NCBI RefSeq assembly: GCF_001194135.2
Contig: NC_068990.1
Location: 78,683,258-78,747,257 of the forward strand
DNA length: 64,000 nt
Source of the DNA: Octopus bimaculoides
Lineage: Eukaryota
Reading direction: 5' to 3'
Shown here: positions 26,440-38,443 of the stretch, one piece after another
Layout: every line of letters starts with the position of its first letter
Position numbering within the stretch: the first letter of the stretch is position 1
The notes under the pieces: model-generated
Database searches by the model: none
Told to the model about the DNA's origin: nothing
What the model saw: only the letters and a program-made list of their open reading frames with translations
Translations under genes and position numbers: made by a program

Positions 26440-26717
26440 CAGGGGTTTTCAAACTTTTTGACTTGCGGACCCCTTTATATTTCAGGCTTTACCTTAGGGA
26501 CCCCCTTATAAACGCTTATGGAATTTATACATAAATATTTGCTTAAAATAACATATTTTTACATTTATTTATTTAACAGTATTTAACAAAATAGGTTTAT
26601 TGTCAATTAAAAGATTTCGATTAAAAAACATATATAAAATCAAATTGCCCATAAAAAGTATTTGCTATCCACGGACCCCCTGTCTTGTCCTTGCGGACCA
26701 CAGTTTGAAAACTCCTG
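26440..26717. mobile_element. hAT-type MITE, 278 bp
   Basis: TIRs CAGGGGTTTTCAAACT / AGTTTGAAAACTCCTG (15 of 16 match); perfect 8-bp TSD AATTATAC at 26432-26439 and 26718-26725. Confidence 0.92.
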
Positions 26718-27708
26718 AATTATACGACATTCCTAGGACCCTGCNNNNNNNNNNNNNNNNNNNNNNNNNNNNNNNNNNNNNNNNNNNNNNNNNNNNNNNN
26801 NNNNNNNNNNNNNNNNNNNNNNNNNNNNNNNNNNNNNNNNNNNNNNNNNNNNNNNNNNNNNNNNNNNNNNNNNNNNNNNNNNNNNNNNNNNNNNNNNNNN
26901 NNNNNNNNNNNNNNNNNNNNNNNNNNNNNNNNNNNNNNNNNNNNNNNNNNNNNNNNNNNNNNNNNNNNNNNNNNNNNNNNNNNNNNNNNNNNNNNNNNNN
27001 NNNNNNNNNNNNNNNNNNNNNNNNNNNNNNNNNNNNNNNNNNNNNNNNNNNNNNNNNNNNNNNNNNNNNNNNNNNNNNNNNNNNNNNNNNNNNNNNNNNN
27101 NNNNNNNNNNNNNNNNNNNNNNNNNNNNNNNNNNNNNNNNNNNNNNNNNNNNNNNNNNNNNNNNNNNNNNNNNNNNNNNNNNNNNNNNNNNNNNNNNNNN
27201 NNNNNNNNNNNNNNNNNNNNNNNNNNNNNNNNNNNNNNNNNNNNNNNNNNNNNNNNNNNNNNNNNNNNNNNNNNNNNNNNNNNNNNNNNNNNNNNNNNNN
27301 NNNNNNNNNNNNNNNNNNNNNNNNNNNNNNNNNNNNNNNNNNNNNNNNNNNNNNNNNNNNNNNNNNNNNNNNNNNNNNNNNNNNNNNNNNNNNNNNNNNN
27401 NNNNNNNNNNNNNNNNNNNNNNNNNNNNNNNNNNAAATCTGTATGTGTGTGTGTGTGTGTGGATGTTCCCCACTATGTGGGCAGTATTTTGTGCAGTGCA
27501 TGGTAAGGTTTTGTGTGTGTGTGTGTGTGTGTGATGCAGGAGTGATGAGGAAGAAAGAGTGAGACATAAATGCAATTAGAAAGAAATTGGGGAAGAAGAG
27601 GTGGGGGTGGAATAGTCGAGAAAAAATGCTAAGAAGGAGAAAGAGAGAGAGTAAAAGAGAATCAAGTTAGGATGGAAGAAAGCTGAATAACAGAGATAGT
27701 AGTAGTAT

Positions 27709-27743
<35 letters not shown>

Positions 27744-28903
27744 ATAGTAGTAGTAGTAGTAGTAGCAGTAGCAGCAGCAGTAGCAGCAGCAGTTGATGAT
27801 GATCTAAAGGCTGAGTGTCCAGTTGGGGATGCAGTGGACGCCATGCATGTCCACCTTTTGACCCTCTTGATACCAGCTGTCCACTTGAAGACCCTGGGAC
27901 ACTCCGGGTGTCCATCCATCTTTGACCTTTCGTCAAAGTTTGCTGCTTTACCACCACAAGGTGAGGAAAGAATTGTTTTGAAATGGAAGAATGCCACTTT
28001 AGTTTTCCTTTCATGGAAATCTGCTGATGTAGCTTTGGCCCATGCTGGAGCATAAAATATAAGGATGTTAATTAGAAACAATTTGAAAGCCTGATTTTGA
28101 AGAGAGTAGAACTGATGGTTGAATAGAAGGGAAGATGGTGGCAGAATGAATGGAGGAGTTGAGATTTGTTCTGAAGTGTTTTGGAAAGTTTTGATTTCAC
28201 TAAAATAATTCTTTGCTGTTAATTATAATACTTAAGTATGATGGACCCCTAAGCTCTGGAACAGGGGTGGCGGGGTTCAGGGGCTGCTCTTGTTCTCCCC
28301 TAAAATATTTTGTGATGCAACGAAAACACTTTGAACATCCTGGGTTGGATCTGGACTTAAAACCCCTGAAATAAATTTCATTCCTGCACTTTATGGATGG
28401 ACCACACAAGAACGGACTGTTGTTGTGATGTCATGTGACATAGTTGTGTTAATCTTCTGTTGTTGGATTGGTGACAATAGTTAATTGGCAGAGACATGGA
28501 AGGCATCAAACAAAATACTTTGTGACATTTCTTCCAACTTTTTGTTTTGAGTTGACATCCTACCAACATCAACTTTGCCCTTCGTCTTTCCGGTGTTGAT
28601 ATCACAAGTACCAGTTGCACATTGGGGTTGATGTAATTGTCTTAACCCTTCTCCTGGAATTGCTTGCCTTGTGCCAAAATTTGAAATTATTATTCCTATT
28701 ATTATTATTGCTTCACCCACTACACTCTCTGAGTGGTTGGCGTTAGGAAGGGCATCCAGCTGTAGAAACTCTGCCAAATCAGATTGGAGCCTGGTGTAGC
28801 CATCTGGTTTCACCAGTCCTCAGTCAAATCGTCCAACCCATGCTAGCATGGAAAGCGGACTTTAAACGACGATGATGATGATGGTGATGATTATTATTAT
28901 TCC

Positions 28904-28972
<69 letters not shown>

Positions 28973-29182
28973 GTCAATGATCTGGCAGAAGTGTTAGCAT
29001 GTTGGACAAAATGTTAAGTGGCATTTCTTTCATTCTGAGTTCAAATTCTGCCAAGATTGACTTTGCCTTTCATCCTTTTGGGGTTGATGAGATAAGTACC
29101 TGTTGATCACTGGAGTCAATGTAATCAACTTGTTGAAACCATTATTATTGTTGTTATTTTTGTTGTTGTTGTTATTGTATAG

Positions 29183-29256
29183 AATCCTGGCTGGGCCTTA
29201 CTGTACAATGATTCTGGCTGATATGGGAGCAGAAGTCATTAAAGTTGAGAGACCAG
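29183..29256 (+). CDS. SUGCT: SUGCT exon 3 (74 nt)
   Basis: tatag|A ATC CTG GCT GGG...AGA CCA G|gtaa = (R)[24 protein letters not shown](G). Confidence 0.97.
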
Positions 29257-29329
29257 GTAAATTGATTTTTGTTTCCATTTTCAACATTTTGTATCTTTTT
29301 TTTTTTTTTTGTACGTTTTTGTGAATTTG

Positions 29330-29745
29330 TGGAGGTGCAAACGTGGGTCTGTGGTAAGAGGCTTTGTTCCCAGCCAGATGGCTCCAGGTTCAATTAAACT
29401 GCTTGGCATCTTGGGCAAGCCTTTGGTCAACCAAAACCTTGTGAGTGGATTTGTAGACAGAAACTGAAAGACGCCTGTCATATATATATATATATATATA
29501 TATATATCTATCTGAGTGTGTCTTTGTGTCTGTTTGTCCCTTACCACTGCTTGGCAGCCAGTGTTGGTGTGTTTACATCCTCATCACTTAATGATTTGAC
29601 AAATGAGACCAATAGAATAAGTACCTGGCTTAAAAAAAAAAAGAAAGAAATATCTTGGGTTCGATTCATTTGACTAAGAATTCTTCAAGGCGGTGCTCCA
29701 GCATGGCCACAGTCAAATGACTGAAACAAGTAAAAGAATAAAAGA
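29330..29745 (+). mobile_element. SINE family C, bipartite with an internal microsatellite. Others at about 15975-16385(-), 23280-23410(-), 25505-25650(-), 35745-35935(+), 37400-37790(-)
   Basis: tRNA-like head GTGGTAAGA..CTT..TTCCCA.CCA.ATGG.TCC.GGTTCA; CCTTGTGAGTGGATTT..AGA..GAAACTGAAAGA; SSR; tail GAGACCAATAGAATAAGTACC...CCAGCATGGCC.CAGTC.AATGACTGAAACAAGTAAAAGA. Confidence 0.82.
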
Positions 29746-30085
29746 GAACCAACTGACTGTTATTACAAATTTTGCTGTGTTGTGGTTGCTGTTGTTGTTG
29801 TCATTATCATTATTATTATAATTATTATGAAGGTGGTGTTCTGGCAGACTCGTTAGCATGTTGGACAAAATGCTCAGCAGTATTTTATCTGTCCTTACAT
29901 TTTGAGTTCAAATTCTGCCGAGGTTGACTTTGCCTTTCATTCTTCCGGGGTCAATAAAATAAGTACCAGTCATGTACTGGGGTCGATGCAATCGACTTAC
30001 CCAGCTCCCCTGAATTGCTGGCCTTGTGCCAAAATTTGAAAGCCTTCTTCTTCTTCTTCTTCTTCTTCTTCTTCTTCTTCTTCTA

Positions 30086-30167
<82 letters not shown>

Positions 30168-30172
30168 CCAAG

Positions 30173-30258
30173 GTTGTGGAGATGACACAAGGACATGGGG
30201 TCCACCATTCCGAAGTTCAGAGAGTACCTACTTCCTCTCAGTCAACCGGAATAAAAAG
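30173..30258 (+). CDS. SUGCT: SUGCT exon 4 (86 nt)
   Basis: ccaag|GT TGT GGA GAT GAC...AAA AAG|gtttg = (G)[28 protein letters not shown]. Confidence 0.97.
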
Positions 30259-30808
30259 GTTTGTATTTGAGAGTGTATATCTTTCTACCTGTCTGCCTAC
30301 CTGCCTGTCTGTAATGAGCAGGTAGATTAGGGATGGAATTAATGTAAAAGGGAGCTACTTTATCAAAGATCTCTTTATATGGGAACAGGTTAGAGGTTCT
30401 GTTGTGGATAAAATGTCTGGGTGGCAGGAATATTTCTTGATGTTTCAGAAGGTTTAAGGCAATAATGTGTGATTTGATAGAGATTGGATTGCTATGTCTG
30501 GAAGGTTGAGTGACCACGAAGGAATTCCTTTGTGTGAAATATACCAGGTAGAATGCTTTGGTAGAAAAGAGATCAAGGAACCAAGTAGAGGTTATCTCAC
30601 TGACTTGAAATACCAAGGCAGAGAGTTTTGTCAGCACTGACAAAAACACACACACACACACACTCACACACACAAAAGACGCCAGTTCTCTATCAGTTAT
30701 GACAATGAGGCTTCCAGTTGATCCAATCAAAGGAACAGCCTGCTTGTGAAAGTGAAATTAATGTGCAAGTGGTTGAGGAATGAGAACCCAGGTTCGAAGT
30801 TTCCCCAA

Positions 30809-30854
30809 GACACCTGATGAAGGCTGGAGGGTATATCAGCCGAAACGTTGTGTT
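30809..30854 (+). ncRNA. Minimal type I hammerhead ribozyme in SUGCT intron 4 (sense strand)
   Basis: GACAC-CTGATGA-A-GGCTG(gagggtatat)CAGCC-GAAA-CG-TT-GTGTT. Stem I 5 bp (one G-U), stem II 5 bp, palindromic ACGT stem III, GUU triplet, one extra A after the core. Confidence 0.72.
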
Positions 30855-31086
30855 AACAACAAACAAGATGAGGACAAATATCCGTCAAATGTAAATAATG
30901 TGAAGAATTAAGGTTTTGAAATTATGCATTAAATGCAGTATCAAAACCTTGCTTCAGGGTAAGTCCTTGGTTGTGCATCCGTGGAGCACATTCACCATTT
31001 ATGGCTGCCAGGTGTCATTAGTGATATTTTGCATTAATCGTTGGATCAACTTGCAGGAATTCCACTCTCCATCTTATCTATTAATC

Positions 31087-31127
<41 letters not shown>

Positions 31128-31343
31128 NNNNNNNNNNNNNNNNNNNNNNNNNNNNNNNNNNNNNNNNNNNNNNNNNNNNNNNNNNNNNNNNNNNNNNNNN
31201 NNNNNNNNNNNNNNNNNNNNNNNNNNNNNNNNNNNNNNNNNNNNNNNNNNNNNNNNNNNNNNNNNNNNNNNNNNNNNNNNNNNNNNNNNNNNNNNNNNNN
31301 NNNGTGGTTTTTTGAAGTTTACATAAATGGTTTTTCTTGGCAG

Positions 31344-31394
31344 AGTATTGCTGTTGATATAAAGACACCTGAAGGCAAAGATTTAATCAGAAAG
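31344..31394 (+). CDS. SUGCT: SUGCT exon 5 (51 nt)
   Basis: ggcag|...|gtagg = SIAVDIKTPEGKDLIRK. Confidence 0.96.
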
Positions 31395-31512
31395 GTAGGT
31401 GGTTGTTATTGGACTTCCTTTTTCCTTTGTCCTTATTTAGGATGTAAAATTATGTAAAATTCATGGGACTTCCGTTGTCTTACCAAACCTTAGAAAGGAG
31501 TACATTGCTTCA

Positions 31513-31583
<71 letters not shown>

Positions 31584-31716
31584 TCACAAAGGACTTTAGG
31601 AAAACCTTGATCATAAGTTTGGTCCCTCTCATTTCCTTTAATGTATATAAGTCTTCATGTTTTTTTCTAAGAAATTATATCTGAAGACAATCAGACAGTC
31701 TTCTATTTTCCACCAG

Positions 31717-31837
31717 CTTGCCCAGACCAGTGATGTGTTGGTAGAGAATTACTTGCCCGGGAAACTAACTGAAATGGGTCTTGGTTATTCAGAAATGGCT
31801 AAGATTGCCCCACACCTGATATATTGTTCCATTACAG
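31717..31837 (+). CDS. SUGCT: SUGCT exon 6 (121 nt)
   Basis: accag|...|gtaag = [40 protein letters not shown](G). Confidence 0.97.
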
Positions 31838-32572
31838 GTAAGCTTTCTTAATGACCCCCACCATATCATCTTTTAGTTTTAAATATTTCAGTAGATAACC
31901 TTTCCTCTATATTCTGTTCAGTAGTAACAGCTTTCTTTGTGAGCTTTCTTGGTGACCAAACTTAATCTTGTATCTTCAGATATTATTATGAAGATTATCA
32001 TTTTCTATGTGTTTACAGATGTAGTTCTCACTGACCAAATATCTCGTTGGTTCTTTCATAATTCCCACTCATTCGGTCAACTGTTTCTTAATAGCTAAAG
32101 TATTTTGAGGACCAGTTGTGGTCTCAGTTATTCAGACCAACAGTAAAACAATACCTCAACCCTTCTGTTATCCTACTTCTGTTGAAATAACCTACTTCTG
32201 TTGAATAACCTACTTCTGCTTCATTTAATTTTTAAAATAATGAAGACTTCAGTAAAATAACTTTGTCATCATTAAAAGAAACTATACAGATACCCCTATC
32301 ATCACTCCACTGCTCCCTTTGTCCTCAGTACCCATATAAAATCCCTCTGTCTACCCTAGGGCACCATACTGCTCGCTTTGAGAAGCACCATTTTTGGGCA
32401 TTGATTCATTAGAGATAAGTTTTCTGACTGATCCAACAGAGTCTCAGATATTCACACCTGGCTAAGAGTGTCCTCTCTCTCCATCTTCGTCTGTTATAAC
32501 TTTAAGTCTGGGTTCTTTGTAAACTGATGTTGCTATAGTGTATACATATATATATATATATATATATAAACA

Positions 32573-33814
32573 TTAGGTCGTCAAATATTAAATTTGTAGT
32601 AAGGTATATGGTAAACTTTGACAGCTGCTCATTTTGTGCCATTATTTTTTGTTAGAAAGCTGACACATCTATTTCTTTATTCTAACTTTCTAACTCATTT
32701 TGCACTTTATAAAGTATTTATGTATCATTTTTTGCTATTTTTGTTTAGAGATGGATAAGTCGGAAATTCGTACAGTTTTGAAATATGAGTTCTCTCTTGG
32801 AAATACAGCATCACAGGCAGCTCAGAATATTAATCGAATATTTCATTCTAATGTTATTACACAGGAGACAGTATCAAATTGGTTTGCAAAATTTCGTTCT
32901 AGTAACTTTGACCTCACAAATGAGCAGCATGGTCGACCAGAAACAAAGGTGGATAATGACGAACTGAAAGGCACTGTCGAGTCAGATCCATCTCAAAGTG
33001 TCCTTGAATTATCGTTGTTGTTTGGTGTTAGCAAGCAAATAATATTGATTCACTGAGTTCAAATCGGTAAAGTGAAAATCAGAAACAGCAATGTTTGGAA
33101 GTCTGCATTATGCTACTTTCTCGTCACAAAAGTTAATCATTTTTTAATCGAATTGTAACATGTGATGAGAAATGGATCAATTTCAACAACCGTAAACGTT
33201 TAGCACAATGGTTGGACAAAGACGAGCAACCAAAACACAGTCCAAAAGGCAAAATTCATCAAAAGAAGCTGATGGTGTGTGTTTGGTGGTCTGGCGCAAG
33301 TGTGATCCATTATGACTTCATTAAACCTGGCTCATCAATCACGGCCGCAGTATACTACAACCAACTGGACCAAATGATGCAGAAACTTAGAAAGAAACAA
33401 CCTAGATTAGTCAACAGATCCACTCCTATTTTATTGCACGACAACACCAAACCACACATTGCAAAAATGACATTGGAGAAACTGCAGGAGTTGGAGTTGG
33501 AAGTTCTCCATCATTCACCATACTCACCTGATCTTGCCCCCACGGACTACCACTTCTTCCAGAATTTTGATAACTGTTTGATAGGAAAAAAAAAAATTAA
33601 ATTCCGATGATGCTGTAAAACAGGCCTTCCAGGATTTTAATGACCCCTAGATTGCCAGGCTTTTACAGTTCTGGGCTGGACAAGCTACTGCTAAAATGGT
33701 AAAAGTGTATTGACAATATTGGTGCATACTTTGATGAATAAAACTATTCCTTGTATTTATAAAACATTAGCAAACTTTTTTTCTTTTCTACAAATTTCAT
33801 ACTTGACGACCTAA
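32573..33814 (+). mobile_element. Full-length decayed mariner (Tc1/mariner, DD34D) transposon in SUGCT intron 6
   Basis: 27-bp TIRs TTAGGTCGTCAAATATTAAATTTGTAG / CTACAAATTTCATACTTGACGACCTAA (2 mismatches), TA at 33815-16. Broken transposase 32751-33741 with HTH, TCDEKW, HDN and YSPDLAPTDY; contains stops and frameshifts. Confidence 0.95.
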
Positions 33815-34425
33815 TATAATAATAATAATAAAATGAGAGAATAGCGAGATAATTAATAAGTTATTGTTTATTAATTAAAATATTGACAAACATCCCTTAC
33901 AGCTGTTTCAATTCAGACCCTCAGAAAATTAATTAATTAAATTAAAAATTATTTGAAAGAGATTCAACTTTCAAAGGACAGCAGCAGCACAATGGGGTGA
34001 GAGGATGGGGCTGGGAGGAAAGCCACACTGCTGCTAAAATCTATGACATACACACAAACATACACACACATACATATACACATGCGTGCACGCGCACATG
34101 CACACAAACACAGACACACACAAAGAAGGAGACACAAACGCATGCGCACATAAGGATACATATCTTAGAACAACAGAATGGAGTAAGTGGAGCAAGAACA
34201 CACATAAAAATGAAAAGTATTGCTGAAGAGGTCACAGATGTGTGACAAAAGATTTCTGGACCATGGACATGAGTTAAAATAATGAAATAAGAACAGTAAT
34301 AAATGAGTCAAGAAAAAATCTATAAAAAGAAATGACCATCTTGAAATACAAGAATATCTGTTTCAACACAGGATTTCACATCAGGAATCTTGCAAAATGA
34401 ATTGATTATGATGATGATGATGATG

Positions 34426-34467
<42 letters not shown>

Positions 34468-34671
34468 ATTTATATATATATGTATATATAGGCCTATCTT
34501 TCTGCTTTGTCTTTGGGTTATCTATCCACCTGTATATCTGTCAATTTATCTGTCCACCTGTTTAGTAGCCAATGGCCAGTTACTGACCATTCACCTGACA
34601 TCAACCAGTCACTTATTGCTCTTTCTGGAGACTGGCTTTCTCGTATTATCTTTCAGTTTCTCTGTCTTCAG

Positions 34672-34763
34672 GTTATGGTCAATCTGGTCCATATGCCAAG
34701 CGACCTGGTTATGATATTATCGTGGCTGGAATTGGTGGTTTAATAAATGCCACGGGACCAAAG
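34672..34763 (+). CDS. SUGCT: SUGCT exon 7 (92 nt)
   Basis: ttcag|...|gtgag = (G)YGQSGPYAKRPGYDIIVAGIGGLINATGPK. Confidence 0.97.
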
Positions 34764-35564
34764 GTGAGATAAAATCTTTTTATAATCCTCCATGCTACAA
34801 TTAATGTTTCATTAACACTGATTTTATTTTTCCAAAGAGTCTTACAAGTGCAGGAAAGGACATTGTTCTTTTGTATCTCTATTGAATCCATGGCAGTAAC
34901 AACAACAATGATAATTCTTCCTAATTTTGGCACAAAGCCAAAAATTTTGAGGGGAGGTGCAAATCAATTACATTTACCCCAGTATTTGACTGGTACTGAA
35001 AAGTAAAGTTGACTTCAGCAGTATTTGAACTCCTCTGCCAGTCCTGATGATAAGGATTCGTTATAATAAACTCCATCTCACAAAAACAAAGGAAATACAT
35101 TTCTAATACTAAAATTAAAACTCTGTTTGTTTGTGATTTCTATAATTTTAGTGAAACAGCAGCATAATGTTGTAATATATTCCCTTAAACACGAGGCCCT
35201 TAGCCTGAAATAGTTTCAATAAACTTTTGGTTACTGGAACTCCCAAAACAATGAATTTATTGCTTCATACAGCTTTACAGGAAAGAAATTTTTTGTCATT
35301 TATGAAATGGAGAAAATTCTAAATGGTGTCAACACACACACACATACACACACATGCACACACATACACACACAGATGTGCACACACACACACACACAGA
35401 TGTGCACACACACACACACACACACATGCACACACACAAATTTTTGTTGCTTTTCCAAATACTTTCATTAAGACAGAAAAGTAATTTTCTGTTATTCATG
35501 AAATAAATTCATACATGAATGACCTCAACAGATACACACACACTTGATATATGTATGTATGTAC

Positions 35565-35740
35565 CTCTCTTTCTCTCTTTTCTCTCTTTCTCTCTTTTCT
35601 CTCTTTCTCTCTTTTCTCTCTTTCTCTCTTTTCTCTCTTTCTCTCTTTTCTCTCTTTCTCTCTTTTCTCTCTTTCTCTCTTTTCTCTCTTTCTCTCTTTT
35701 CTCTCTTTCTCTCTTTTCTCTCTTTCTCTCTTTTCTCTCT
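35565..35740. repeat. Compound (TC/TTTC) purine-pyrimidine array inside a SINE C copy
   Basis: Higher-order repeats of TTTCTCTCTTTTCTCTCT; source of the spurious REKRE and SLFSL ORFs. Confidence 0.9.
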
Positions 35741-36689
35741 GTGCACCTTTGTATTCCCTTCCCCCCACCTCACTGCTTGACAACTGGTTTTGGCCTGTTT
35801 GGTAAAAGAGACCAATAGAATAAGTACCAGGCTTAGACAAAGCACTGCGGTTGATTTGTGAGACTAAAACCCTTGGCGGTGATGCCCCAGCATGGCCGCA
35901 GTCCAATGACTGAAACAAGTAAAAGAGTGAAAGACTACAGAGAGAGAGGGAGAGAAAAAGGGAGAGAGAAAGTGAGGGAGAGAGAAAGGGAGAGAGAGAT
36001 CAGGAAGGAGGTATTTTTGTTAATGTTTCTCCTCAGATGAAGACTTTCAAATAAAAATGTTTTCCTGTTTCTGTTTTGTAATCAGCCATTTTTTTTTCTC
36101 TAAATAAGAATTCATGGATGCTCTTTCTTCCATTTACTGATTCCTGATGATGGCAAACCAGTTTGCCAAAGGCAGCTGTTTTCTCAGTCAACAGCTGAAA
36201 GTATTCTGCCAAAGACACTGAATGAAGGAAAAAAAAAAGTGTTCTATGTATTGTTGTTGTTGTTGTTGTTGTTGTTGTGCACCGCATGTTGGTTGTCCAG
36301 TAAAACAAGAGGTCAAAGAGTGACCGAGAAGAGATATTGCTTTGCGACATTGGGTCCTCTATAACAATTTCTTGCCAGGAACTCTTCTGCTCCACTTCTG
36401 CAGCTATTTATGTATATTCAGAGAGTCTTTTCTGAGCTTTACACCCTCATTCCAACCAAAGACAATGTCAGAAGCAATAAAGATGGCTGCTGTTTTGCAG
36501 AAGAACCAATTATGTCCTGTTAATTGCCTGATGTCTCCCCTGTTCATATTTGCTGTTCTTCAGTCACAAACAGCCATACTTTATTTACAAAAACATGATT
36601 AGGTCCAGGGTAGATTAATGAATGGAGGATAAAGGATAACTCCTGTGTCACATTCGTGTTCTACCCAAGGATATTTCAGTCAGTGAGGG

Positions 36690-37250
36690 AGCCCTCTGTA
36701 TGGTAAGTTGATTTGCTAGAAATATCAGCCAAACTCCATTAAATATACTCTATTGTTTTAACAAAAAGTTGAGATGGTTACAGTTGTGACACCTTTCATT
36801 ACAAGTCTACACAATCAGGGTAGAACTGGGGTCAACATCAACTCCCTTAAGGTGAGTCTCTATGCTCCACTTGACTTGCTGAGAATAACAAGTAAATCTC
36901 TTTCAAATTACAACTTACTGTCTTAAAAATTGAAGGACGCATTTGATAATGATGTAGTTTTAGAAATATCAGCCCTCAAAGATGGAAGATCATTATGAAA
37001 CTGTCTTTGATCATCGGCCTGCTGGATTAGGTTGACCTGGGGCTAAATAGCAACAATTCAAAAGCAGAAGTGATGTAAGTTGGGGATCTAGATCATCCCG
37101 AATGCAGTAGTGAGGTGTCCCATCCATGACCATCCTGTCTGTTTTATAAGTAGAGAACCCAGAATCACTTTATCCAACAGATGGTGTGGTACAATTTGAA
37201 AGAAATTTGGCTGCTATTCCTAGCAGGTCAAACCACCACAGAGGCACCGT
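36690..37250. repeat. Cluster of three copies (two direct, one inverted) of a repeat with core CTAGAAATA.CAGCCAAA; also at about 10760-10920(+) and 47085-47130(-)
   Basis: GACTTGCTAGAAATAGCAG.CAAATCTCCCTCAAAT.ACAC-like motif recurs. Confidence 0.6.
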
Positions 37251-37862
37251 TCTTTCTGATGTGAAATTGTTACAACTGGAAATGACAATTTATGCCTTCA
37301 TTTAGCCACTGCCTCTCCTCTCATGCTATTCACCATTTTTTGGCTTTAATGGAACCATCTTTTGTCTTCTAAAATAGATTCCACAACTCATTGATAACTT
37401 TTATCTTTTACTTGTTTCGGTCATTAGAGTGTGTCCATGCTGGGGCACCTCCTTGAGGAATTTTTAGTTGAATGAATTAACCCCAGTACCTTTTTTTTTG
37501 TTTTTCAGTCTAGTGCCTGTCATATCAGTCTCTTTTGCCAAACTGCTAAGTAAACACTTCAACATGGTTGTTAAATGGTGGTAGGGGGGACAAATACCCA
37601 CACAGATATATATATATATATATATATATACAAGACAGGCTTCTTTCAGTTTCCATCTTTGAAATCCACTCACAAGGCTTTGGTTAGCCCGAGGCTATAG
37701 TAGACACTTGCCCAAGTTACTACACAGTGGGACTGAACCCAGAACCATGTGGTTGAGAAGAAAACTTCTTACCCTCAGCCACCCCTGCACCTCTTGGCAT
37801 TAATTAACGAATTTGTAAATAAATAAATCAACATTGAAAATATTTTGTCTTTCATAATAAAG

Positions 37863-38006
37863 GATGGTGAACCCTGTAAAGTTGGTGTGGCTATGACAGA
37901 TTTAGCAACTGGACTCTATGCGCATGGTGCCATTTTAGCTGCTCTTCTCACCCGACAGAAAACAGGAGTAGGACAATTTATTGATTGCAACTTACTCTCC
38001 ACCCAG
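37863..38006 (+). CDS. SUGCT: SUGCT exon 8 (144 nt), contains the catalytic Asp
   Basis: taaag|...|gtaac = [48 protein letters not shown]. The Asp of GVAMTD is the class III CoA-transferase nucleophile. Confidence 0.98.
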
Positions 38007-38076
38007 GTAACAACTTTAACATTTCCTTGACTTTTCTTCCTTCCTTCCTTCCTCCTTCTTTTGCTCTCTCACTCAC

Positions 38077-38151
<75 letters not shown>

Positions 38152-38252
38152 TTGTTGTGCTGTATCAGGCATATTGTGAAGGCTTGATCTTTGTGTGACA
38201 GATTGGTTGGTGTGGAAATGTGGGACTGTTGTGGAGAGTGTAAAATATCAAG

Positions 38253-38294
<42 letters not shown>

Positions 38295-38411
38295 GTATGG
38301 CATATCAGTTATTGAGTGATAAATACAGTATTATACTCAGAGTAATTGGTGTTGGCGGTGTTGCCTGGCAATATTTTTACAGGTTGGACTTTGGTAGGCT
38401 TCATAATGAAA

Positions 38412-38443
<32 letters not shown>

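Noticed and set aside
24513-27575. Long ORFs (196-320 aa) in the ORF track
   Set aside because: Made of N runs and (CA)n translations.
27662-28081. Poly-Thr/poly-Leu ORFs, and similar ones at 29908-30325 and 41170-41620
   Set aside because: Trinucleotide microsatellites with no homology or splice support. The AG|GTGAG donor at 27960 has no exon 2-like peptide upstream.
35496-35918. REKRE/SLFSL repetitive ORFs
   Set aside because: Translations of a TC-rich microsatellite inside a SINE.
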